Shown here in pieces: positions 28,036-38,252 of a stretch of DNA of 63,717 nt. The DNA is from Elusimicrobiota bacterium (GTDB lineage: Bacteria > Elusimicrobiota > Endomicrobiia > CG1-02-37-114 > XYA2-FULL-39-19): assembly GCA_018816525.1 (NCBI GenBank), contig JAHIVV010000037.1, forward strand, positions 1 through 63,717, written 5' to 3'. The notes below the pieces were generated by a model. It did not search any database. It was not told the origin of the DNA and saw nothing but the letters and a program-made list of their open reading frames with translations. The position numbers were made by a program, and so were the translations under genes. How positions within the stretch are numbered: position 1 is the stretch's first letter; the number at the start of each line of letters is the position of its first letter.

Positions 28036-29364
28036 ATGGCATCATCAAAAAACGTTAAAAAAAGAGTATTAGTGCTGGGTTCGGGCGGGAGGGAACACGC
28101 TCTTGTCTGGAAAATATCTCAGAGCCCTAAGGTAGAAAAAATATTCTGTATACCGGGAAATGCCGGTATTGCCGGTATCGCTGAATGTCCCCCTGCAGGG
28201 AGCATTGACCTGAAAGATTTTAAGAAATTAGCCCTATTTGTAAAAGAGAATAATATTGATTTAACGGTCGTAGGTTCTGAAGCGCCTTTGTCAGCCGGCA
28301 TAAGTGATTTCTTCCAGAGCGAGGGCTTAAGAGTATTCGGCCCAAACAAAAAGGCCGCACAATTGGAATCTTCAAAAGTATTTTCCAAAAAATTCATGCA
28401 AAAATGCGGGATACCTACCGCAGATTTTCAGGTCTTCAACAAGTATGACAACGCAATAAAATATATCGACAAAATAAAATCTGATTTACAGCTTAAAAAG
28501 TATTCTATTATAAAAGCAGACGGGCTTTGCGCAGGCAAAGGCGTGGTGGTGGCGCAGGATATTGCAGAGGTAAAGGATACAATAGGAAAGATGATGGTGG
28601 GTAAAATATTCGGGGAAGCTGCCAAAGAAATTATAATAGAGGAAAGAATTGAAGGTGAAGAAGCTTCTATCATGGCTTTTTGCGACGGCAAGTCAGTATC
28701 CATTATGATGCCGTCCCAGGATCATAAAAGAATATTCGAAAATGACAAAGGGCCTAATACCGGAGGCATGGGCGCCTATGCGCCGGCGCCTATTGCAACA
28801 AAGAGAATCATTGAAAAAGCAAAAAAAGAGATATTTGATAATTTCCTGAAAGGCATTAAAAAAGAAAAAATTGTCTTTAAAGGTATAATTTATGCGGGCA
28901 TCATGATTACCCCGGATAAGGAAATTAAGGTATTGGAATTCAATGTGCGTTTTGGCGATCCGGAAACCCAGTGCGTCCTTCCTCTGCTTGAAACAGACCT
29001 GATTGACATAATTGATGCCGTTATAGACGGAAAATTAAATAAATTAAGAGTAAAATGGGAAAAGAAAAGCTGTATATGTGTTGTGTTAGCTTCTCAGGGA
29101 TATCCCGGGAAGTACGAGTCCGGAAGAAGGATAAACGGGCTTGAAGAAATTGCCTCTTTGAAGGATATAGCTGTTTTTCATGCAGGAACAGAATTGAATA
29201 ATGGGATTGCTGTTTCAAACGGAGGCCGGGTGCTTGGTATAACCGGCTGGGACAAAACGCTTGAGTCAGCAATAAGTAAAACGTATACCGCTGTTAAAGA
29301 GATATATTTTGAAGGGATGCAATTTAGAAAAGATATAGGAATAAAAGGGTTAAGGACAAAATAA
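28036..29364 (+). CDS. purD: Phosphoribosylamine-glycine ligase
   Basis: VLGSGGREHAL, ATP-grasp core, NVRFGDPETQ, GGRVLG. Confidence 0.93.
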   Translation: MASSKNVKKRVLVLGSGGREHALVWKISQSPKVEKIFCIPGNAGIAGIAECPPAGSIDLKDFKKLALFVKENNIDLTVVGSEAPLSAGISDFFQSEGLRVFGPNKKAAQLESSKVFSKKFMQKCGIPTADFQVFNKYDNAIKYIDKIKSDLQLKKYSIIKADGLCAGKGVVVAQDIAEVKDTIGKMMVGKIFGEAAKEIIIEERIEGEEASIMAFCDGKSVSIMMPSQDHKRIFENDKGPNTGGMGAYAPAPIATKRIIEKAKKEIFDNFLKGIKKEKIVFKGIIYAGIMITPDKEIKVLEFNVRFGDPETQCVLPLLETDLIDIIDAVIDGKLNKLRVKWEKKSCICVVLASQGYPGKYESGRRINGLEEIASLKDIAVFHAGTELNNGIAVSNGGRVLGITGWDKTLESAISKTYTAVKEIYFEGMQFRKDIGIKGLRTK

Positions 29365-29386
29365 TTTTAAGGAATTGGAGGGTTTA

Positions 29387-30349
29387 ATGGGAGTAACTTA
29401 TAAAAAGTCAGGCGTAAATATTGATACAGCTAATAAGTTTGTAGAAAATATTAAGAAAATTGCCCCGAAAATAGGCGGTTTTTCAGGGCTCTTCCCTATA
29501 GATTTAAAAAAATACAAAAATCCTCAAATTGTGGCAGCAACAGACGGTGTCGGAACCAAACTAAAAATTGCCAATATAGCAAAGAAGCATGACACTGTAG
29601 GTATTGACCTTGTTGCTATGAATGTCAATGATATTATTTGTTGCGGGGCAGAGCCGGTATTGTTTCTTGACTATTTTGCTACGGGAAAACTTAAGCTTTC
29701 GATAGCTGAAAATGTAATTAAAGGTATTGCCGAAGGATGCCGGCAGGCAAATTGTGTGCTGCTTGGTGGTGAAACTGCGGAAATGCCGGGCTTTTACTCG
29801 AACGATGAATATGACCTGGCAGGTTTTGCAGTGGGTGTGGTGGATAAAAACAAGGTAATTGACGGTTCAAGGATAAAATCCGGAGATGTTATGATTGGGT
29901 TGCCTTCTTCCGGCCTGCATTCAAACGGATTTTCTCTTGTTCGTAAAACACTTTCAAAGGCTGAACAAAAAAAGTTTGCCAAAGTGCTTCTTACCCCGAC
30001 TAAGATTTACGTGAGGGAAATACTCGCAATTGTTAAAAAGTATCCTTCTATTATAAAAGGCATGGCGCATATCACCGGCGGCGGGTTTTATGACAATATT
30101 ATAAGAGTTTTTCCGGCCAATACTCTCGGGGTTATTTATAAAAGCCGCTGGCAGGTACCCATGATTTTCAGATATATTCAGCAAAAGGGCAAGATTGCAG
30201 ACAAGGAAATTTATAGAGTGCTCAATATGGGAATCGGTATGGTGCTTATAACCACGCCTGCAGATGCAAAGATTGTCCAGAAAATAATAAAGAATGCAAT
30301 CGTAATCGGCGAAATCTTCAAAGGTAAAAAAGAAATCAGGGTGATATAG
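29387..30349 (+). CDS. purM: AIR synthetase
   Basis: TDGVGTKL, GGETAEMPG, HITGGG. ATG 29387 follows SD ggaggg; the ORF-track TTG 29375 is less likely. Confidence 0.93.
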   Translation: MGVTYKKSGVNIDTANKFVENIKKIAPKIGGFSGLFPIDLKKYKNPQIVAATDGVGTKLKIANIAKKHDTVGIDLVAMNVNDIICCGAEPVLFLDYFATGKLKLSIAENVIKGIAEGCRQANCVLLGGETAEMPGFYSNDEYDLAGFAVGVVDKNKVIDGSRIKSGDVMIGLPSSGLHSNGFSLVRKTLSKAEQKKFAKVLLTPTKIYVREILAIVKKYPSIIKGMAHITGGGFYDNIIRVFPANTLGVIYKSRWQVPMIFRYIQQKGKIADKEIYRVLNMGIGMVLITTPADAKIVQKIIKNAIVIGEIFKGKKEIRVI

Positions 30350-30351
30350 CC

Positions 30352-30978
30352 ATGAAAAAATATAAAATCGGGGCGCTGGTATCTGGAGGAGGGACTAACC
30401 TGCAATCAATAATTGATGCATGTGAATCTGGTTCTATCCAGGGTGAAGTGGCTGTCGTAATAAGCAGCAAAAAGGACGCTTTCGCATTGGAAAGGGCTAA
30501 AAAGCGCAATATTCCAGCAGTTTTCATAGACAGAAAACAATGCAAAGATATAAACGAATTTTCGCAAAAAGTGTCGGCTGAACTTAAAAAAAGGAATGTC
30601 CACCTGGTTTGCCTTGCAGGTTTTCTTTTGAAATTATCTCCTTCGCTTGTAAAGGAATACAAGAACAGGATTTTAAACGTTCATCCCGCTCTGTTGCCGG
30701 CTTTTGGAGGCGAGGGGATGTTCGGACATCATGTCCATGAAGCGGTGCTGGCGTCAGGCGCAAAATTTACAGGCCCTACAGTTCATTTTGTTGATGAGGA
30801 CTATGACCGCGGGCCCATAATATTGCAGGCAGTGGTGCCTGTGCTTGACGATGATTGTGCAGATTCGTTGGGTAAAAGAGTTCTGGCTCAGGAACACAAA
30901 ATATACCCGGAAGCTATTAGGTTATTCTGCGAAAACAAGCTTGAAGTTGTAGGCCGAAGAGTAATAAGGAGACTTTAA
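30352..30978 (+). CDS. purN: GAR formyltransferase
   Basis: SGGGTNLQ, NVHPALLP, HFVDEDYDRGPII. Confidence 0.9.
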   Translation: MKKYKIGALVSGGGTNLQSIIDACESGSIQGEVAVVISSKKDAFALERAKKRNIPAVFIDRKQCKDINEFSQKVSAELKKRNVHLVCLAGFLLKLSPSLVKEYKNRILNVHPALLPAFGGEGMFGHHVHEAVLASGAKFTGPTVHFVDEDYDRGPIILQAVVPVLDDDCADSLGKRVLAQEHKIYPEAIRLFCENKLEVVGRRVIRRL

Positions 30979-32348
30979 TGACAAATTATGATATTTTTTC
31001 ACCAACAGATTTCAGATACTCAGTAGAAGGACTGAAACCGTATTTGACTGAGGAAGCATATGTAAAATATAAGGCAAAAGTTGAGGCCGCTCTTGTCAAA
31101 ACCTTAGCTAAAAATAGGATATGTTCGGCAAAAATCGCTGATGAAATCATTAAAGCAGCTTCAAAAGTAACGGCCTCAGAAACTTACCGGGAAGAAGCAA
31201 GAATAAAACATGACATAAGGGCGCTTGCAAACATGATAAGAAAACGCGTAAGCAATAAAGCCAAACCTTATGTGCATCTGGGCGCAACATCTTATGATAT
31301 TGTTGATACGGCAAATGTATTGCGTTACAAAGATGCCGCCAGAAATGTAATCATACCGGATATGTTGAAGCTTCTGAAACTCTGGATCGCGTTAGCGAAA
31401 AAATACAGAAACACTGTCCAAATGGGCAGGACCCATGGCCAGCACGCAGAACCAATAACTTTTGGTTTTACCATGGCTCAATATATAAACCGATGGGGTG
31501 ACCGGATAGAAAATTTGAAAAGTTCGACAGAACGCCTCGTAGGCAAGTTTTCAGGCGCTGTGGGAGCCTATAACGCTACATCAATACTATTCAATGACCC
31601 TGTGAAATTTGAAAAAGAAGTCCTGGCTGAATTAGGCCTGAAGCCGGCAAATATTTCCACGCAAGTGGTTCCACCGGAACCGGTTACCGATTTCCTGCAC
31701 AGCTTAACGTCAAGCTTCGGGGTTATTGCTAATTTTTCGGATGATATGCGGCACTTGCAGCGCTCGGAAATATCCGAAGTATGCGAGCTTCAGGAAAACA
31801 ACCAGGTTGGCAGTTCGACGATGCCTCAGAAGAAAAACCCGATTAACTTTGAAAATGTAAAATCCATGTTTAAAATATTTATGCCACGCATGGTTACAGT
31901 TTACCTTGACATGATTTCCGAGCACCAGAGGGACCTGACAAATTCCTGTTCGCAGAGATATATTCCCGAATTGCTGGTAGGATTCGATTCGAGTGTGCTG
32001 AGAATCATAAAGGTTTCCGGTAAATTGCAGGTAGATGAAAAAGGCCTGGCAAAAAATTTCAATCAGAGCCGGGACAAGGTAGTTGCTGAACCGCTTTATA
32101 TTATACTCGCGTATTATGGGCATCCCGATGCGCATGAATATGTGCGCGAGCTTGTAAAAAAATCTACAGAAACCGGAATGACTCTCCTGGGACTAATGTC
32201 AGAAGATAATTCAGTCAAACCTTATTTCAAGAAATTCACCAAAAAGCAGAAAGACATCATTTCAAAACCTGAGAAATACATCGGGGCGGCAGATAAAAAA
32301 GTCGATGCTATAGTAAAAATTTGGGAGGATAAATGTCACAACCTTTAG
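30978..32348 (+). CDS. purB: Adenylosuccinate lyase
   Basis: Fumarate-lyase signature GSSTMPQKKNP and TSYDIVDT. Confidence 0.9.
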   Translation: MTNYDIFSPTDFRYSVEGLKPYLTEEAYVKYKAKVEAALVKTLAKNRICSAKIADEIIKAASKVTASETYREEARIKHDIRALANMIRKRVSNKAKPYVHLGATSYDIVDTANVLRYKDAARNVIIPDMLKLLKLWIALAKKYRNTVQMGRTHGQHAEPITFGFTMAQYINRWGDRIENLKSSTERLVGKFSGAVGAYNATSILFNDPVKFEKEVLAELGLKPANISTQVVPPEPVTDFLHSLTSSFGVIANFSDDMRHLQRSEISEVCELQENNQVGSSTMPQKKNPINFENVKSMFKIFMPRMVTVYLDMISEHQRDLTNSCSQRYIPELLVGFDSSVLRIIKVSGKLQVDEKGLAKNFNQSRDKVVAEPLYIILAYYGHPDAHEYVRELVKKSTETGMTLLGLMSEDNSVKPYFKKFTKKQKDIISKPEKYIGAADKKVDAIVKIWEDKCHNL

Positions 32349-32827
32349 TTGGAATAGTTTTAGGAAGCGATTCTGATTTACCTGAAATAAAAGATATGTT
32401 GGAAACTTTTAAGGAATTTGGTATAACGTATGAACTTAATATAATCTCGGCGCACAGAACGCCTCATTTGGCGCACGCTTATGCGGAAAACGCAGAGAAA
32501 AAAGGTTTACAGGTCATAATTGCCTGTGCCGGCGGAGCCGCCCATCTTGCAGGCGTGATAGCATCACTTACTACACTCCCTGTTATAGGTGTTCCGATGC
32601 AAACTGCCAGCCTGGGAGGATTGGATTCGCTTCTAGCAACAGTCCAAATGCCGGCAGGCGTACCGGTCGCTACTGTTGCGATAGGCAAAGCAGGTTCAGT
32701 AAATGCAGCGGTGCTTGCTGCGCAGATTATCGGCGTAAAGAGTCCTGAAATCAGAGAAAAAGTAAGGCAGTTTAAGGCAAATTTGGCAAAAAAGGTCGAA
32801 GAAAAAAATAAAAATTTAAAGATTTAA
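32333..32827 (+). CDS. purE: N5-CAIR mutase (class-I-like PurE)
   Basis: LGSDSDL, SAHRTP, AGGAAHLAG. No purK in the window. Confidence 0.9.
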   Translation: MSQPLVGIVLGSDSDLPEIKDMLETFKEFGITYELNIISAHRTPHLAHAYAENAEKKGLQVIIACAGGAAHLAGVIASLTTLPVIGVPMQTASLGGLDSLLATVQMPAGVPVATVAIGKAGSVNAAVLAAQIIGVKSPEIREKVRQFKANLAKKVEEKNKNLKI

Positions 32828-32846
32828 AATATAGCGGTAAAAATAT

Positions 32847-34151
32847 ATGAATACATTAGTACTTATCGGCGCGCAATGGGGAGATGAGGGGAAAGGGAAA
32901 ATAGTCCACTTTCTTGGTAAATACGCGGATTATGTTGTTAGATATCAGGGTGGGCCTAACGCAGGGCATACAATTATTTTGGATGGGAAGCCGTTTGTCC
33001 TGCATACTATTCCTTCCGGAATGGTTCTTCCCGGCAAAATCTGCCTTATAGCTAACGGGGTTGTTTTCGACCCGGAAATCCTTTATGAAGAAGTAAATCT
33101 TCTTAAAAAACAGAAAATCTCAGTAAAAAACAGGCTTTTTATAAGCAGCGCAGCGCATATAATACTTCCTTACCATAAACTGCTTGATGAATTGCGTGAA
33201 AAAGGCAATATAAGAATCGGTACTACACGCAGAGGTATCGGGCCGGCATACGCGGATAAAGTTGTCAGGATAGGCATCCGCCTTTGCGATTTTGTCGAAG
33301 AAAAAACATTTAAAGATCTTCTTGAAAAAAACTTGCGTGAAAAAATGCCTGTTTTAAAACAAATTACAACGGCAAATAAAATCAGGTCGGAAATAATGAA
33401 GAATTATAAGCGCTGGAAAAACTTCCTCAAGCCGATGATGGCCGACACAGCATTAATGCTGGAAGAAGCAGCCGCCAAAAATAAAAACATTTTATTCGAA
33501 AGCGCGCAAGGCACGCTGCTGGATATAGATTTTGGCACCTATCCCTATGTCACTTCCTCAAATCCTATAAGCGGGGGAGTTTGTATCGGTGCTGGTTTTC
33601 CTCCGACAAAAATCAAATATGTATTAGGAATTGTTAAGGCCTATTGCACCAGGGTCGGCGAAGGCCCGTTCCCTACAGAATTGAAAGACAAATTAGGCGA
33701 ATTTATGAGAGAAAAAGGGCTTGAATACGGCGCTACCACCGGCAGGCCAAGAAGATGCGGCTGGTTTGACGCAGTTGCTGTCCGCCATAGTGTAAGGGTA
33801 AACGGAATAGACAGCTTTGCGGTAACTAAGCTTGATTGTTTGAAAGGCATAAATCCTCTGAAAATTTGCATTGCCTACAAATACAAAGGCAAGATTATCA
33901 AGGAATTTCCTTATTCAAGAGAAATTATTGCACACTGCAAACCGGTTTATATAGAAATGCCTGGATTCAATCAGAATATCCGCAACACTGACTTCAATAA
34001 AATACCAGAGAATGCCAGAAAATATATCCTGAAACTTGAAGAACTGACAAAAACAAAAATTTCTCTGGTTTCTATGGGAAGAACAAGGGAAGAAACCATT
34101 GTAGTAAGCAAACCAAATCCGGCTTATGAAGAAAGATGGGGATTGATTTAA
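32847..34151 (+). CDS. purA: Adenylosuccinate synthetase
   Basis: GAQWGDEGKGK, GGPNAGHT, GTTRRGIGPAY, TTGRPRRCGW. Confidence 0.95.
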   Translation: MNTLVLIGAQWGDEGKGKIVHFLGKYADYVVRYQGGPNAGHTIILDGKPFVLHTIPSGMVLPGKICLIANGVVFDPEILYEEVNLLKKQKISVKNRLFISSAAHIILPYHKLLDELREKGNIRIGTTRRGIGPAYADKVVRIGIRLCDFVEEKTFKDLLEKNLREKMPVLKQITTANKIRSEIMKNYKRWKNFLKPMMADTALMLEEAAAKNKNILFESAQGTLLDIDFGTYPYVTSSNPISGGVCIGAGFPPTKIKYVLGIVKAYCTRVGEGPFPTELKDKLGEFMREKGLEYGATTGRPRRCGWFDAVAVRHSVRVNGIDSFAVTKLDCLKGINPLKICIAYKYKGKIIKEFPYSREIIAHCKPVYIEMPGFNQNIRNTDFNKIPENARKYILKLEELTKTKISLVSMGRTREETIVVSKPNPAYEERWGLI

Positions 34152-35713
34152 TGCAGAAAAAAGAAAAAATCATTATTTTGGGCGGCGGGCCCAATAGAAT
34201 CGGGCAGGGAATTGAATTTGATTATTGCTGTGTGCATGCTGTGCTTGCATTAAAAGAATACGGTTTTGAAACAATAATGATTAACTGTAACCCGGAAACC
34301 GTCAGCACTGATTATGATATTTCCGATAAACTTTACTTTGAACCGCTTACTTTTGAAGATGTTATAAACATTATTGAAAAAGAAAAGCCATTAGGAGTTA
34401 TTGTTCAGTTCGGCGGCCAGACTCCTCTTAATCTTTCGGTCCCTTTAAAGAACGCCGGGGTCAAAATACTCGGAACTTCATCAGACAGCATTGACCGCGC
34501 AGAAGACCGGGAAAGATTTAAACAAATGCTTAAAAAACTTAAACTCCGCCAGCCGAATAACGGGACGGTCGTATCTTTTGACCAGGCAAAAAAAGTAGCA
34601 AAAGAAATAAGTTACCCGGTGCTTGTGCGCCCTTCGTATGTTTTAGGCGGCAGGGCTATGGAACTTATATATGATGAAACGTCGTTAGAAAGGTTCATGA
34701 AAAATGCCGTTGACGCTTCCCCGGAAAGGCCTATCTTAATTGACAAATATCTGGAAGACGCAATTGAAATAGACGTGGATGCTGTAGCTGACGGAAAAAA
34801 ATGTGTTATCTGCGGAATTATGGAACATATTGAAGAAGCAGGCATTCATTCAGGCGACAGCGCCTGCGCCATACCTCCGTTTTCACTAAGCGACGAGATA
34901 ATAAGGAAAATAAAAGAAAACACTTATGCTTTGGCTAAAGAATTAAAAGTGATAGGATTAATGAATATTCAATTTGCTGTTAAAAGCGATTTGGTTTATG
35001 TCCTTGAAGTGAACCCGCGGGCCTCGCGGACAGTGCCTTTTGTAAGCAAGGCCACAGGGATACCCTGGGCCAAAGTTGCGGCGAGAGTTATGGCAGGAAA
35101 AACTTTGGAAGGATTGCACACAAAAGAAGTAACAATAGATCATGTAGCTGTGAAAGAAGCAGTTTTTCCTTTTAACAGGTTCCCGGGTGTTGATCCAGTC
35201 CTGGGGCCGGAAATGAAATCTACCGGAGAAGTCATGGGAATTGACGATGATTTCGGAAGGGCTTTTGCAAAATCTCAGATTGCGGCTAGCGGAGCCTTGC
35301 CCAAAAATGGCAAGGTTTTTATCAGTGTAAAAGACAAAGACAAAAGGTCTATAGTCCTGATTGCAAAAAAATTAGTAGATATGGGTTTTGAAATAACTGC
35401 AACTCAAGGGACAGCAAAAGTACTAAGTAAGAGCGGAATAAAAACAATTCCTGTTTTTAAGGTTCATGAAGGAAGGCCGAATGTGGTTGATTTAATCAAA
35501 AGCAGGGAAGTTAGTTTAATAATAAACACACCGGGCGCGGAAGAAAAACCTCAGTCAGACAATGTCTCGATACGCAGTGTCGGAGTAATGTATAACATTC
35601 CATATATAACCACAGTTTCTGGCGCTCAAGCCGCAGTGAACGGTATAGAATCACTTCTCAAAGGCGAGATAACAGTTAAATCCCTTCAAGAATACCATAA
35701 GAAGAAAATTTAA
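34151..35713 (+). CDS. carB: Carbamoyl-phosphate synthase large subunit, C-terminal half only (second ATP-grasp plus MGS-like domain)
   Basis: Begins ILGGGPNRIGQGIEFDYCCVHA..NCNPETVSTDYD, which corresponds to about residue 555 of full-length CarB. Ends with the MGS-like allosteric domain. Its ATG shares one nt with the purA stop (TAATG). Confidence 0.85.
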   Translation: MQKKEKIIILGGGPNRIGQGIEFDYCCVHAVLALKEYGFETIMINCNPETVSTDYDISDKLYFEPLTFEDVINIIEKEKPLGVIVQFGGQTPLNLSVPLKNAGVKILGTSSDSIDRAEDRERFKQMLKKLKLRQPNNGTVVSFDQAKKVAKEISYPVLVRPSYVLGGRAMELIYDETSLERFMKNAVDASPERPILIDKYLEDAIEIDVDAVADGKKCVICGIMEHIEEAGIHSGDSACAIPPFSLSDEIIRKIKENTYALAKELKVIGLMNIQFAVKSDLVYVLEVNPRASRTVPFVSKATGIPWAKVAARVMAGKTLEGLHTKEVTIDHVAVKEAVFPFNRFPGVDPVLGPEMKSTGEVMGIDDDFGRAFAKSQIAASGALPKNGKVFISVKDKDKRSIVLIAKKLVDMGFEITATQGTAKVLSKSGIKTIPVFKVHEGRPNVVDLIKSREVSLIINTPGAEEKPQSDNVSIRSVGVMYNIPYITTVSGAQAAVNGIESLLKGEITVKSLQEYHKKKI

Positions 35714-35723
35714 AATTTATAAT

Positions 35724-36668
35724 CTATAATTTCTCTAAAACTGTGCAGGCAGCACCGATAACACCGGCGTTGGCGCCAAGCCTGGCTTTTATGATTTTAA
35801 CTTTATTGGCGGGGTACATTACCCTGGCTTGTACTTCTTTTCTGATAGGCCGCAGGAGTGTTTCTCCGGCATTTGAGACGTTGCCGCCTACAACAATCAT
35901 GTCAAGATCCAGTAAACTAGCTATGCTGGAAAAAATAATTCCCAGGTATTTTCCTGTATCTGCCATAATTTCAAAGGCAAGTTTATCTTTCTTCAATGCA
36001 GCACAATAAACATCTTTGGAAGTGAAATTATTACCAAAAACAGAAAGGATCGATTTTTTTCCGGACTTAAGCGCTTCTTTAGTCCTGCGGACTATACCTG
36101 TTGCAGAAGCGTACATCTCTATACATCCAAAATTTCCGCAATTACATTTTATTCCGTCGGGAAACAGGGTCATATGACCGATTTCGCCGCCTGCATCATC
36201 CTTGCCAGAGTATAACTGATTATTGATAATGAGCCCGCCGCCTATACCGGTACCCAGGGTGACAAAAAGCATGTTTCTGACACCCTGGCCGCTTCCTTTG
36301 CGCCATTCGCCCAAAGCAGCCGCATTGGCATCGTTTTCTATAAACACAGGAAGCCCTGTTTTGGATTCCATTAATTTTTTTAGCGGGACATTTTTCCAGC
36401 CTTTAAGATTCGGGCAATTAAATACTATACCATTTTTTATATTTAAGGGACCGGGAGAACCAAAACCCACACCAAGGATGTTGTGTTTTTTTATACGATA
36501 TTCTTCGATAAGCTTAATTAGGGCGAGTGATATTTTTGTTAATATGTAGTCTATGCCTTTGTCAGCTTCTGTAGGCAAGACATTTTGTTTAATAAGGCCG
36601 ATATTATTCTTAAATAAAGCTACTGACGTTGTCGTGCCGCCGAGGTCAACACCAATTACATACTTCAT
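35724..36668 (-). CDS. ROK-family sugar kinase (glucokinase-like)
   Basis: GVDLGGT, ENDANAAALGE, Zn motif CNCGNFGCIE. Confidence 0.85.
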   Translation of the reverse strand: MKYVIGVDLGGTTTSVALFKNNIGLIKQNVLPTEADKGIDYILTKISLALIKLIEEYRIKKHNILGVGFGSPGPLNIKNGIVFNCPNLKGWKNVPLKKLMESKTGLPVFIENDANAAALGEWRKGSGQGVRNMLFVTLGTGIGGGLIINNQLYSGKDDAGGEIGHMTLFPDGIKCNCGNFGCIEMYASATGIVRRTKEALKSGKKSILSVFGNNFTSKDVYCAALKKDKLAFEIMADTGKYLGIIFSSIASLLDLDMIVVGGNVSNAGETLLRPIRKEVQARVMYPANKVKIIKARLGANAGVIGAACTVLEKL

Positions 36669-36674
36669 GATTAT

Positions 36675-38252
36675 TTAATTTTCTAGAGGCAGGGCTATCG
36701 TAAAGCTGGAACCTACATTTAATTTGCTTTCAACACTTATCAGGCCCTTATGTGCTTTCACGATATTCTGTGAAATAGCCAAGCCCAGTCCTGTACCTTT
36801 TGCTTTGGTTGAAAAGAAAGGGTCAAATATTTTTTTAATATTTTCAGGAGGTATCCCCGAACCGGTATCATTTATTTTAAGGTAAACATTTTTACTGTCG
36901 GAGTAGGTCTTTATTTCGAGCTGCCTGATCTTTTGATTTGCCATAAAATGGCAGGCATTTTGAATAACATTCAAAACCACCTGTTTTATCTGTTCCACGT
37001 CAACATTTACCTGCGGCAGGTTTTTATCCAGGTCACCGTGGTATTTGATCTCATGTTTTACAAAGTCGCTTGCCTGCAGGAAAGTACAAAGCAGGTCTAC
37101 TATTTCATTAATGCTTATTTTTTTCATAATCAGCCTGGGCACTTGGCTGAAACTTAATATGTCGGTAACAATCCTATTTAACCGGTCAACTTCCTGCAAA
37201 ATAAAATTGGAATACTTTTTATTAGGGCTTTCCGCGGGGATAGTCTCGTCTATTAGTTCTGCCGAACCTCTTATAGTTGAAAGAGGGTTTCTTACTTCAT
37301 GGCTCACAATGGCCGCCATCTCTCCTAAAGCAGAAAGCTTTTCGCTTTGAATAAGCTGGCTTTGAGTTTCTTCGAGTTTTTTAATAGCCAGGTTTACCTG
37401 TTCCTGAAGCTGTTCTTTAAATTGTTTTTCTGTTTCATATAGCCGGGCATTTTCAATAGCCAAACCAGCCTGATTTGTGTAAACAAGCAGTTCTCTTAAA
37501 TTTCTTTCTTCCAGTATTTTTTTACTTGTAGCGTTGTCTACTATTAAAACGCCGATTATCTTGCCCCGGGCTTCAAGCGGAATAACGGCAATAACGGGTT
37601 TATGAAGCAAATCGTTTGTGTCTCCGGCATTAACCGGATGGGCAAAGTCCTGCGTCCATTTTAGTATGCGCGGTTTTTTTTCGAGCATAGACTGGACAAT
37701 CGGGTTTGTTTTTTCCGTCATGGGTATTGTCATGCGGCTTAAGCTGTTAGAGTCTACACCCAGGCTGTGAATCGGTTTTAAAACCCTTTTTTCTTCATCT
37801 ACCAGGCAAATTATGGCCCTGTCATAAATCAAATATTTACAAATACTCTCCAAAATTACGTCAAGGATTTTTGTTAAATCCATAGTTTGAGTCATTTCTC
37901 TTATAATCTTATGAAGATTTGAAAGCTCTTCATTACGCTGGCTTAACAAGTCATTTTTTCTTTCTGCCTCATCAGTCATTTTTTTCATCAAAATGTTTGT
38001 TTCTTCAAGTTCTTCTTCAAAATGCCTCATTTTGAGGTAGAACTGGTTGATAAAAACAAACAAAACGGTAAATGACAAAGCAGTGACTATAAATATACCG
38101 GCCACGAAAGAAAATTTAATAAAAGCAAGGGTAAAAAATGATTTTAGCGCCGGTAACAGCAGTTTTCCCGTATAATAAAGGGCTAAAAGCAGGAACGAAA
38201 AAATGAGTATTGAAAACCATTTTAGGCGTGATAAATATTTTTCTGCGTTCAT
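36675..38252 (-). CDS. Membrane GAF-domain sensor histidine kinase
   Basis: Two N-terminal TM helices, coiled coil, GAF-like region, H-box VSHEVRNPL, N/G boxes NACHF, DTGSGI, GTGLGLA. No response regulator is adjacent. Confidence 0.87.
   Translation of the reverse strand: MNAEKYLSRLKWFSILIFSFLLLALYYTGKLLLPALKSFFTLAFIKFSFVAGIFIVTALSFTVLFVFINQFYLKMRHFEEELEETNILMKKMTDEAERKNDLLSQRNEELSNLHKIIREMTQTMDLTKILDVILESICKYLIYDRAIICLVDEEKRVLKPIHSLGVDSNSLSRMTIPMTEKTNPIVQSMLEKKPRILKWTQDFAHPVNAGDTNDLLHKPVIAVIPLEARGKIIGVLIVDNATSKKILEERNLRELLVYTNQAGLAIENARLYETEKQFKEQLQEQVNLAIKKLEETQSQLIQSEKLSALGEMAAIVSHEVRNPLSTIRGSAELIDETIPAESPNKKYSNFILQEVDRLNRIVTDILSFSQVPRLIMKKISINEIVDLLCTFLQASDFVKHEIKYHGDLDKNLPQVNVDVEQIKQVVLNVIQNACHFMANQKIRQLEIKTYSDSKNVYLKINDTGSGIPPENIKKIFDPFFSTKAKGTGLGLAISQNIVKAHKGLISVESKLNVGSSFTIALPLEN

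Noticed and set aside
35714-35723. dif sites or DnaA-box clusters at the strand-switch points (35.7 kb, 40.5 kb, 58.67 kb, 59.5 kb).
   Set aside because: Only isolated partial TTATCCA-like strings occur, and there is no dif-like 28-mer. The convergent gene ends are 1-10 nt apart and leave no space for such sites.
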